This document shows positions 42,966 to 51,777 of a stretch of 64,000 nt of DNA, piece after piece. Position 1 is the stretch's first letter. The number at the start of each line of letters is the position of its first letter. The notes below the pieces were generated by a model. It saw only the letters and a program-made list of their open reading frames with translations, was not told the DNA's origin and ran no database searches. Both the position numbers and the translations under genes were made by a program. The DNA is from an uncultured Prolixibacteraceae bacterium (GTDB lineage Bacteria; Bacteroidota; Bacteroidia; Bacteroidales; Prolixibacteraceae): positions 5,879 through 69,878 of the forward strand of contig CAWKIX010000048.1 in NCBI GenBank assembly GCA_963849775.1, given 5' to 3'.

Positions 42966-43427
42966 TTATTTTGAAGCCCTGACTTGCGCAACCTGTTCGG
43001 GTGTAATTGGTCCCGAAGTATTGCCAAAACTACCTCTTACAAAAGTTAAAACATCGGCAATTTGCTGATCTGTTAAATGAGCTTGCGGCGGCATTATATT
43101 GTTATAAACTTCGCCCTGTACTTCCATTTCTCCCTTAAGCCCTTCCAGCACAATTTTAATCAATGCATCGGGATCACCATTAACAAATTCCGATTCAGTA
43201 ATTGGAGGATGCATCCCCGGAACACCGGAGCCGTTTCTCATATGGCATGCCAGGCAAACCGAGTCATAAACTTTTTTCCCGGGGTGACCGGTCATGTTGT
43301 CCGATTGGCTTTTCACCTCGCTGTCAGGTTGTGAAATTACCGATTGTTGCTCTGTTGGTTTTTTACTGTTATTACTACAAGCCGCAAAAAATAGAAGTGA
43401 TAATAGAATAAAGGTTAATTTTCTCAT
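42966..43427 (-). CDS. Monoheme cytochrome c lipoprotein
   Basis: Lipobox FAAC; heme motif CLACH; G.G.PG.HPP, YN.IMP, LTDQQIADVLTFVR. Confidence 0.93.
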   Translation of the reverse strand: MRKLTFILLSLLFFAACSNNSKKPTEQQSVISQPDSEVKSQSDNMTGHPGKKVYDSVCLACHMRNGSGVPGMHPPITESEFVNGDPDALIKIVLEGLKGEMEVQGEVYNNIMPPQAHLTDQQIADVLTFVRGSFGNTSGPITPEQVAQVRASK

Positions 43428-43436
43428 TGTGTATGG

Positions 43437-44708
43437 TTATGAATAAATAATTCTCCAGATTTTTCCTTCAATGCTATCAACTACATACAGTGAACCGTCA
43501 GGTCCTTGTGCCAGGCCGCACGGACGATGTTGTGCATCGCGGGTACTGATAATTTCATCGGTTCCTGCAAATCCATCTGCAAATACTTCCCAGTCGCCCG
43601 AAGGGTTTTCGCCTTCAAACGGAACAAATACAACGAAATAGCCTTTTTGAGGTTCAGGTGCTCGGTTCCATGAACCATGAAAGGCAATAAACGCCCCATT
43701 TTTATATTTTTCGGGAAACATATCGCCCGTATAAAATAACAGGTCGTTTGGCGCCATATGACCTGGAAACGCCATAATCGGATCTGATTTATTTTCGCAA
43801 CGGTCTTGAATTTCACCATCGCCTCCGTATTCAGGGCCAAGAACTTTTTTATTCTGAAACTGGTCGTAATAACAATAAGGCCATCCAAAATCAGAACCAT
43901 CAGTCACAAGAAGGAATTCTTCTGCCGGTAGTTCAGCATTATCTTTTGAATCATATAAATCCGGATAAAACTGATCTAATTGATCGCGCCCATGTTGAAT
44001 TACATAAAGTAGGTTTTCATTGGTATTCCAGCAATTGGCCACGCCGTTTCTTATTCCTGTTGCATATCGTACCCCATCAACCAACTGATCCTGATTCAAA
44101 ACATCATCTTTAAATTTCCATACTCCGCCTGCATATTCGAGCAATGGACATGGATCCATTCCCGGAGAACCAAGTGTACGATCCTGTTCCATGCAAGCAT
44201 TCGATGGAGCGCCAACGTTTACATACATGTTTCCTTCACCATCAAATTCCATTGGTTTGGCTTCATGCATTCGTACTTTTGGAAATCCTTTGGCAATCAA
44301 CTCCCAATTATTTCCTGGAACAAGTTCACCTTCTGTCATTGGATAACGAACTACAGCCGTATCGGAGCCATAATAAAGATATCCTTTATGAAGTTTAATA
44401 CCTGTTCCTGTATGCTCGCCAGTGTATTTTATTATATCAGCTTTACCGTCGCCTGATGTATCACGCAAGCAAACAATCCCTTTTCCATCCCGGGTATTGT
44501 TTAAGGAAACATAAATATCTCCGTTTGAATTAACATCGATATGTCTTCCTCTTCCCAATTCATTGGCAACTACCAATGCTGAAAAACCTTCGGGAAGCGT
44601 AAGTCCTCCGTTATCCAAATCACCAACAATTTTTTCTTTTTTTGATGAATTTGAAGTACATGAAATAATTGCAATGGAAATCAAAAGAATGGCTATTAAA
44701 TTTTTCAT
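43437..44708 (-). CDS. PQQ-dependent sugar/sorbosone dehydrogenase family lipoprotein
   Basis: LTLPEGF, LRDT.GDG.AD, VGAPSNAC, ATGIRN, GWPYCY, HMAP, AFHGSWNR, RPCGLA.GPDGSLYV. Confidence 0.9.
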   Translation of the reverse strand: MKNLIAILLISIAIISCTSNSSKKEKIVGDLDNGGLTLPEGFSALVVANELGRGRHIDVNSNGDIYVSLNNTRDGKGIVCLRDTSGDGKADIIKYTGEHTGTGIKLHKGYLYYGSDTAVVRYPMTEGELVPGNNWELIAKGFPKVRMHEAKPMEFDGEGNMYVNVGAPSNACMEQDRTLGSPGMDPCPLLEYAGGVWKFKDDVLNQDQLVDGVRYATGIRNGVANCWNTNENLLYVIQHGRDQLDQFYPDLYDSKDNAELPAEEFLLVTDGSDFGWPYCYYDQFQNKKVLGPEYGGDGEIQDRCENKSDPIMAFPGHMAPNDLLFYTGDMFPEKYKNGAFIAFHGSWNRAPEPQKGYFVVFVPFEGENPSGDWEVFADGFAGTDEIISTRDAQHRPCGLAQGPDGSLYVVDSIEGKIWRIIYS

Positions 44709-44818
44709 TGGTTAAAGTTTTATAAACTTTTCATGTAACGAAATACAACCATCAAAAGTTCAGTAAAATGTGCTTCTGAATTTTTGGACTTGTGTTAAAA
44801 AAGTTCAGGTGAGAATAT

Positions 44819-44826
44819 TACTTTTG
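44819..44826 (+). promoter_or_regulatory. Bacteroidota -7 element upstream of the cupin gene
   Basis: TACTTTTG matches TAnnTTTG, 23 nt before the TTG start. Confidence 0.5.
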
Positions 44827-44849
44827 AAAATTACTATAAATTATTCAAT

Positions 44850-45353
44850 TTGAAATCAGCACAATACTGGATCAAAAAACTAAAACTTGAAAAACATCCT
44901 GAAGGAGGATGGTTCAAAGAAGTTTACCGTTCATCAGAAGTTATTCTTAAACAAACACTTTCATCAGACTTTACAGGCGATAGAAATTGTTCCACTTCAA
45001 TTTATTATTTACTTGAAGGTGAAGATTTTTCCTCTTTCCACCGAATTAAATCGGATGAAATATGGCATTATTATGCGGGAAATTTACCCCTTGAAATTGT
45101 TTCAATTGTAGGAGACAAATTAAAAAAGCAATTGTGTGGAAACAACCCTGATCAAGATCAGCATTTGCAAATTGTAGTTCCTAAAAATACATGGTTTGCT
45201 GCTTGCCTGCCTGATAAAAATGGTTATGCATTGGTTGGATGCACTGTTTCTCCGGGTTTTCATTTTGATGATTTTGAAATAGCCGGGAAAGACTTTTTGG
45301 AGGAATTTCAGGATTTAAAAGATCAGATTACCTGTTTGATTCGGGTATTGTGA
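44850..45353 (+). CDS. Cupin_5 (DUF985) protein
   Basis: L.LEKHPEGGWF.E, TSIYYLL, FHRIKSDEIWH, LVGCTVSPGF.FDDFE. Confidence 0.93.
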   Translation: MKSAQYWIKKLKLEKHPEGGWFKEVYRSSEVILKQTLSSDFTGDRNCSTSIYYLLEGEDFSSFHRIKSDEIWHYYAGNLPLEIVSIVGDKLKKQLCGNNPDQDQHLQIVVPKNTWFAACLPDKNGYALVGCTVSPGFHFDDFEIAGKDFLEEFQDLKDQITCLIRVL

Positions 45354-45429
45354 ATGAGTTGGCGAATGCCGATACGCAAGAAAAAAACAAGGATTATCTC
45401 CGGAATTTCGGTGTGCACTGCTCAGGTGC

Positions 45430-45580
45430 AGAGGTTTCCAAACCGCTGATCTGGTATAACTGCCGTTAGGAAATCGCACCAACTACGTTAATAATAGAAT
45501 GCGATTCGGAATCGCATCACCCGGGTGCGGCTATTTCCGATTCGCCGGAAAAATTAAGCGGATCGGAATCCGCATCACCC
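45430..45580. repeat. Cluster of REP-like GCG-ATT/AAT-CGC palindromes
   Basis: ATGCGATTCGGAATCGCAT-CACCC (45499-522), GCGGATCGGAATCCGC-ATCACCC (45558-80) and degenerate copies near 45431, 45462 and 45524. Confidence 0.6.
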
Positions 45581-47641
45581 TAATCCAATTATAACGGAAA
45601 CAAAATAGTTCCTGGGATTTCCGGGATAATAATATCTCGGCAAACTTGCTCCAAACGATGGAGCATTTACTGCCAGCATTGATGCATATTTAATGTCAAA
45701 TATATTTTGGACTCCGCCTTTAAATTCTGTCGTTATTTTTTTGAAAGTCAGTGAATATTTTATTTCGAAATTGGTAATTCCAAAAGCGTCAGAATATCCT
45801 GAGTTTGCATCATTTAACGGCATTTTTCCTGTGTGCCGATGCCAGATTGTAATCCCCGTATTTTGCGCCGGATTCATAACTGCCATTAAAAGCCAGGTGT
45901 TTTTTGCCGTTCCGGGCAGATTATTTCCTGAATAATTATTTTCCAGATCAATAAAATCAGTAAAATGATAATTTGCAAAAGTTGCATTTCCAATCACCGT
46001 TAATTGAGGATAACTTACCAGTTTCAATACATTCCAACGTATTTCAGTTTCAAGGCCGGGATGCAATGATTTTCCGGCATTAACACCAATATATGCGTCT
46101 TCCCCGGTTCTGCGGGCAACCAAAAGATTTTCAATATAGATTCGGTAATAACTGGCAGATAGCTGAATTCGGTTAAATAAATTGGAACGAATTCCTAACT
46201 CAGTACTCCAACCTGTTTCCGGTTTTATATCATGATTTAAACTGCCTTCAGGAAGTAAAGTTTCTTCAAAAGATGGTGTAGAAAATCCATGACTAATATT
46301 TCCAAAAACTGAAAGGTTTTGTTTTGCCAGAACGTTTATTCCAAGTCGCGGTGAAAAAACAGGTTTATAAATGTGGTTTCCCGATTGATCACCATCCCCT
46401 ATAAATCTGTCAGTATAATAAAAGCGGGTAAGATTCCCGTTTATTCCTGCCGAAACAAATACCTTTTCAGAAAAACCGGATTCGATTTGAAAAAACAGGT
46501 TCTCATATTCTCGCCGTTCTTTGTTGTCAGAAAGTAGATTATTTGGAGAATCATTTGATTTTGTTGACCAGTTGTAATTTTCCCTGAATAACTCCAGCCC
46601 ACTAGTAAAGGTCAGTTTAACCATGTTGAGGTCGACAGTTTTCTGGAAATAACCCCGCCATCCAAAAAAATTTGAGTTTTCATACAGACGATTAAATGGG
46701 CGTAATTCGTCGGCATCTCTGAAACTACCAAATACAGCTACCGAAATTTTCTTGTTATTTAGTGTAGTTAAATTGTATGAAGCACCAAATTGTCCATTCG
46801 TATATTTTTCATAACCATTTACGCTTAACCAGTTGGGAGCAGCCTTTTCAGGCGAATTATTAAACATTTCCAAATCAAGTGAACTTGGAATGAAAGCGTT
46901 CATTTTTGTTGCTTTTAATAAGATTTGCAGATTTGAATTTTCCGAGAAACTATACGTGGTATTAAATAGCAAATTGAAACGATTTGTTTCGTTATTTTCA
47001 CGATAACCAGTGCTTTTTAAAGCTGCACCAAGTGCATAAATATTCAGTTTGTCTTCTGTTACTCCTGCTGAAACTGTGTTCTTAACTGTACCAAACGATG
47101 CTGTTGTAAACTGATTTATGGCAAAATTTTTTGAAACTGTTTTTGGATGAAACAGCAATACCCCTGCAAGTCCGGCGCCATATAAACTTGATGACGGGCC
47201 TTTTATAATTTCAACACTTTTAATAGCTGAATTTTCAATATCCTCAAGCGTGGTTTCTCCATCGCCTGTTGTAAGCGGTATTTCTCCAAAGTAGGCTTTA
47301 ATTTTATTGGTTGAATAGGGTGACCGTGAACCAATTCCACGAATTGTTAACCGGTTGGTATTTAGTGTCCCGTGATGCATTAGTACTCCGGGAATTTGGT
47401 TGATGGCCTCAACAGGTGTTAAAGCGCTTCCTGTTTCAAGTTGAATTGGTGTTATCAAATTTACAGGAGCAGGAATATTAAAAATATTATATATTGTTCT
47501 GAATGCAGTGATGGTAACCGACTCCATTGTTTTCGACATAGCAACAGAATCTTTAGAAAATATCCTGTTTTCCTGGCAATTAACGAAGTTGGGTATAACA
47601 ACCATCTGAAATAATAATAGTAGAGTAGTTAGTTTCATCAT
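45575..47641 (-). CDS. TonB-dependent receptor
   Basis: VTITA TonB box; plug IPGV, IRGIGSR, VEIIKGP.SSLYGAGL.G; FSTPSFEE, KPE, QNIFD..Y, YYPGNPRNY. Confidence 0.93.
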   Translation of the reverse strand: MMKLTTLLLLFQMVVIPNFVNCQENRIFSKDSVAMSKTMESVTITAFRTIYNIFNIPAPVNLITPIQLETGSALTPVEAINQIPGVLMHHGTLNTNRLTIRGIGSRSPYSTNKIKAYFGEIPLTTGDGETTLEDIENSAIKSVEIIKGPSSSLYGAGLAGVLLFHPKTVSKNFAINQFTTASFGTVKNTVSAGVTEDKLNIYALGAALKSTGYRENNETNRFNLLFNTTYSFSENSNLQILLKATKMNAFIPSSLDLEMFNNSPEKAAPNWLSVNGYEKYTNGQFGASYNLTTLNNKKISVAVFGSFRDADELRPFNRLYENSNFFGWRGYFQKTVDLNMVKLTFTSGLELFRENYNWSTKSNDSPNNLLSDNKERREYENLFFQIESGFSEKVFVSAGINGNLTRFYYTDRFIGDGDQSGNHIYKPVFSPRLGINVLAKQNLSVFGNISHGFSTPSFEETLLPEGSLNHDIKPETGWSTELGIRSNLFNRIQLSASYYRIYIENLLVARRTGEDAYIGVNAGKSLHPGLETEIRWNVLKLVSYPQLTVIGNATFANYHFTDFIDLENNYSGNNLPGTAKNTWLLMAVMNPAQNTGITIWHRHTGKMPLNDANSGYSDAFGITNFEIKYSLTFKKITTEFKGGVQNIFDIKYASMLAVNAPSFGASLPRYYYPGNPRNYFVSVIIGLG

Positions 47642-47756
47642 TTTGTTTATCGTAAATACATATAGTAAACACTTTTGTTTATATCGAATTCAAAAAATAC
47701 CTGTTTTTGAAAATTAATCTTTTTCTTTGTGCATCAAACTAAAACTATTTATTCAA

Positions 47757-50040
47757 ATGAAAAATCCAGCTTTCCTGATTCTGATCCTGGCGATAATTTT
47801 TACTTCCTGCCAGCAACCAACTTCTTCTCCTTCCTCAAATGCAGGTGATACTGAAATTGAAAAAAAGGTGGAAGAATTGCTTTCAAAAATGACCCTTGAT
47901 GAAAAAATCGGTCAAATGAATCAATACACCTCGCAATGGGAATTGACAGGACCTGCACCGGGAAATGTTGATTCAGCCGCTTTTTACAAAATGGTTATAG
48001 ATGGAAAAATTGGGTCGATGCTTAATGTAACAGGTGTTGTTGCAACAGAAAAAATTCAACGGTTGGCTGTTGACAGCAGTCGGCTGGGTATTCCGTTGAT
48101 TTTGGGATACGACGTAATTCATGGATACAAAACCATGTTTCCAATCCCGTTGGGTGAAACAGCAAGCTGGGAACCGGAACTGGCAAAGTTATCATCAAAA
48201 ATTGCAGCAAAAGAAGCATCGGCTGCAGGTTTGCACTGGACTTTCGCACCAATGGTTGACATTGCACGCGATGCCCGTTGGGGAAGGATAATGGAAGGCG
48301 CAGGCGAAGATCCGTTTTTGGGAGCTAAATTTGCGGCTGCACGGGTTCATGGATTTCAGGGAGATGATCTTTCTGCTGAAAATACAATAGCCGCCTGCAC
48401 CAAACATTTTGCAGCTTACGGTTTTGCTGAAGCAGGCAGAGATTACAATACAGTTGATATTAGTGAACAGACGCTGCAAAACATTGTTTTGCCACCATTT
48501 AAAGCTACTGTTGACGCCGGTGTAGCTACTTTTATGAATTCATTTAATACTTTGAATGGAATGCCGGCAACTTCCAGTGTTCATCTGCAACGCGATCTTC
48601 TCAAAGGAGATTGGGGTTTTGATGGTTTTGTAGTTTCAGACTGGGGTTCAATAGGAGAGATTATTAATCATGGCGTTGCTGCCAATAAAAAAGAAGCTGC
48701 TTTTAAAGCAATCACTGCTGGTTCCGATATGGATATGGAGGCCAACGTTTATATCCAGGAATTAAAAGGACTAGTTGAAGAAGGTATTGTGGAAAAGTCG
48801 CTTGTTGACGATGCCGTTCGCAGAATATTAAGAATAAAATTCAGATTGGGATTGTTTGATGATCCATATAAATATTGCAATCCGCAACGTGAAACAGAAG
48901 ATATATTAAGCGAAGATAATTTAACTGTGGCCCGCGATGCAGCTAAGAGAAGTATTGTTCTTTTGAAAAATGAAGGGAACCTGTTACCACTTTCTAAATC
49001 GGGGGGAAAGATTGCGGTTATTGGTGAATTGGCAGAAAGCAAAGATGTGCCGCTTGGTAGTTGGAGAGCGCAGGCAGTAACAAACTCTGCTGTTTCACTT
49101 GTGGAAGGTATTCAAAATGCTGTTGAAGGTTCAAATGTAGTGTTCGCAAAGGGACCGGATTATGTGTCTGTACCTCGAAGTTTTACCACTGAGTTGAAAT
49201 TCAATACCACCGACAGATCTGGAATTTCTCAGGCAAAATCGGTGGCAACAAGCGCCGATGTGGTTGTTATTGCATTGGGCGAAGATTGTTTCCAAACCGG
49301 CGAAGGACGCAGCCAGACAGATATTTCTTTAAAGGGACTTCAGCAGGAATTACTGGAAGAAGTATACAAAGTGAATAAAAATGTAGTTGTTGTTTTAATG
49401 AATGGGCGCCCACTGCCAATAACCTGGATGGCAGAAAATGTACCGGCAATTTTGAAGCCTGGCATTTAGGTTCGGAAGCCGGAAATGCAATTGCCGATGT
49501 TTTGTTTGGTGATTACAATCCTGCCGGAAAATTGCCGGTTTCGTTTCCAAGGGCTACCGGACAGCGCCAATTTATTACAATCATTTAAGCACCGGAAGAG
49601 GAACTGACGCTAATTCTGTTTTCTGGTCGCATTATACCGATGAAAGTAACGATCCTCTTTATCCGTTTGGATATGGTTTAAGTTATACCACATTTAAATA
49701 TGCCGATTTGCAACTTTCAGCAAAAGAAATAACAGCCAACGATGAGTTGAAAATTTCGGTTACGGTTGAAAATACCGGATCGGTAGTTGGCGAAGAGGTA
49801 GTTCAATTATACATTCGCGATTTGGTCGGTAGTATTTCACGTCCTGTGAAAGAATTGAAAGGATTTGAGAAAATAAGTCTTAACCCAGGTGAAAAGAAAG
49901 TAGTAAACTTTACACTCACTTCCAAAGACCTTGAATTTTTTGGTGCTGAAGGAGAATGGAGTATTGAACCTGGTGAGTACAAACTTTGGGTTGGTACAAA
50001 TTCAGCAGAAGGACTGGAATATGGGTTTGTTTTGAATTAG
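47757..50040 (+). CDS. bglX: GH3 beta-glucosidase (BglX-like) lipoprotein, split by indels near 49455 and 49565
   Basis: MTLDEKIGQM, SRLGIP, DVIHG, RDARWGRI.EG.GEDP, KHF, nucleophile VVSDWGS; shifted frame AWHLG..GNAIADVLFG.YNP.GKLPVSFP, PLYPFGYGLSYT; C-terminal Fn3-like EVVQLYIRD..RPVKELKGF. Confidence 0.9.
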
Positions 50041-50062
50041 AAAAAATAACTTTAAAATATTG

Positions 50063-50095
50063 AAAGGAGTTTCTGTTTTCAGAAGCTCCTTTTTT
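50063..50095 (+). terminator. Intrinsic terminator after bglX
   Basis: AAAGGAGTTTCTG-TTTT-CAGAAGCTCCTTTTTT. Confidence 0.85.
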
Positions 50096-50292
50096 ATGAT
50101 TTACAATTTGTCAGTTATTTTATATGTTCTAAAATACATTGTAGTTCACAATGAAATTTTTACGTTCCCGACATTTGTTTAGGATGCTACGAGAACAGTT
50201 AACTTTAGGAATTTTCTTTAATCAATTCCTCCTTCTGATATAAAAATTGGTTATATTATTATCATCGAAATAGATAATAATATTATCAATTT

Positions 50293-51490
50293 ATGGGAAG
50301 GCATATTGTACACATGGATTTGGATACCTTTTTTGTATCGTGCGAGCGGTTGATGGACAGAAAGTTAAAAGGTATGCCGGTGTTGATTGGAGGTACAAGC
50401 GACAGGGGAGTGGTGGCATCATGCAGTTACGAAACACGGCAATTCGGAGTTCATTCGGGAATGCCAATGAAAATGGCCCGGCTTTTATGCCCGCATGCGA
50501 TTATTATCAGGGGAAATAGTTTGGTATATTCTAAATTCTCCGATATGATAACCGATATTATAAAAGAGCAGGCGCCGCTTTTTGAAAAATCATCCATCGA
50601 TGAATTTTATATCGATGTTTCGGGGATGGATAAATTTTACGGATCTTTTAAATGGGCAAAAGAACTTCGCGAAAAAATTATTCATGAAACCATGCTTCCT
50701 ATTTCTCTTGGGCTTTCCATCAATAAAACCGTTTCAAAAGTAGGAACCGGCGAGGCAAAACCCAACAATTTAAAAACCATTCCCGATGGCGAGGAAAAAA
50801 GGTTTTCTGGCGCCGCTTTCGGTAAAAAAAATACCGATGGTTGGCGACCAAACCTATCATTTGTTGCGGAGCATGGGTGTTGAAAAGGTAAAAACGGTTC
50901 AGGAAATGCCCATGGAACTGATGGAACGCGTTTTGGGAAAAAATGGAATTGTGTTGTGGAAAAAAGCACAGGGCATCGATAATTCGCCGGTAGTGCCGTG
51001 GCAGGAGCGAAAATCAATTTCCATGGAACGCACGTTTGAACAGGATTCAACCGATGTTAGCCAGATGAAAAGCATCCTTATTTCGATGGCTGAAAAGCTG
51101 GCGTACCAGTTACGCACCGAAAATAAACTCACGGCCTGCGTTTCCATAAAAATCAGGTACTCCGATTTTCAAACGTACAGCAAACAGCGAAAAATACATT
51201 ATACTTCGCTCGACAGTACATTAATTCAAACTACACTCGATTTATTTGAATCGCTTTACCAACGACGGGTTTTAATCCGGTTAATCGGGGTGCGTTTCAG
51301 TCATTTAATAGGTGGCAGTTATCAAATGCGGTTGTTCGAAGATTCGGAAAGACTAATACGGCTTTACCAGTCGATGGACAAGGTTAGAAACCGGTATGGA
51401 AACAAGGCAATACAGCGTGCAGTAACCATGGGAGTAGGAAGTTTAAGTAGTAATTTTAATCCGTTTAACGGGCTTACAAACAGGAGTTGA
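50293..51490 (+). CDS. dinB: DNA polymerase IV (Y-family), split by an indel in an A-run near 50795
   Basis: HMDLDTFFVS, RGVVASCSYE.R.FGV.SGM, SIDEFYID, AKPN; second ORF KSIS.ERTF, KIRYSDF, RLIGV. Confidence 0.92.
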
Positions 51491-51580
51491 CAGTAAGCAG
51501 TCGCAGTGTTCAGTAAACAGTATGAAAAATGAAAAAAGTAGGCACATTAAAGATTTCTCATTCCCCTATTCTTTGGGACT

Positions 51581-51634
51581 GGCGATTTTCAAACGCCTTT
51601 TTCTCACAAAGCGCGATTACAAATCGCGCCACCC
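51581..51634. repeat. REP-like palindromes of the same family as 45430-45580
   Basis: GGCGATTTTCAAACGCC (51581-97) and GCGCGATTACAAATCGCGC-CACCC (51611-34). Confidence 0.6.
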
Positions 51635-51743
51635 GATTCTCTAAACAGCCTGAACAGAAGTTAGCAGTAGATCAGTAATTAGTAAACGGAGAGGAATTGG
51701 TTAAAAATTAAAGTTAAAATGAAATTAGTATCAATATTAAGTT

Positions 51744-51771
51744 TCTCCCCTTCGGGGAGATTAAGAGGGGC
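51744..51771. repeat. GC-rich palindromic element directly before dnaE
   Basis: TCTCCCC-TTC-GGGGAGA followed by TTAAGAGGGGC. Confidence 0.5.
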
Positions 51772-51777
51772 TTTTTT

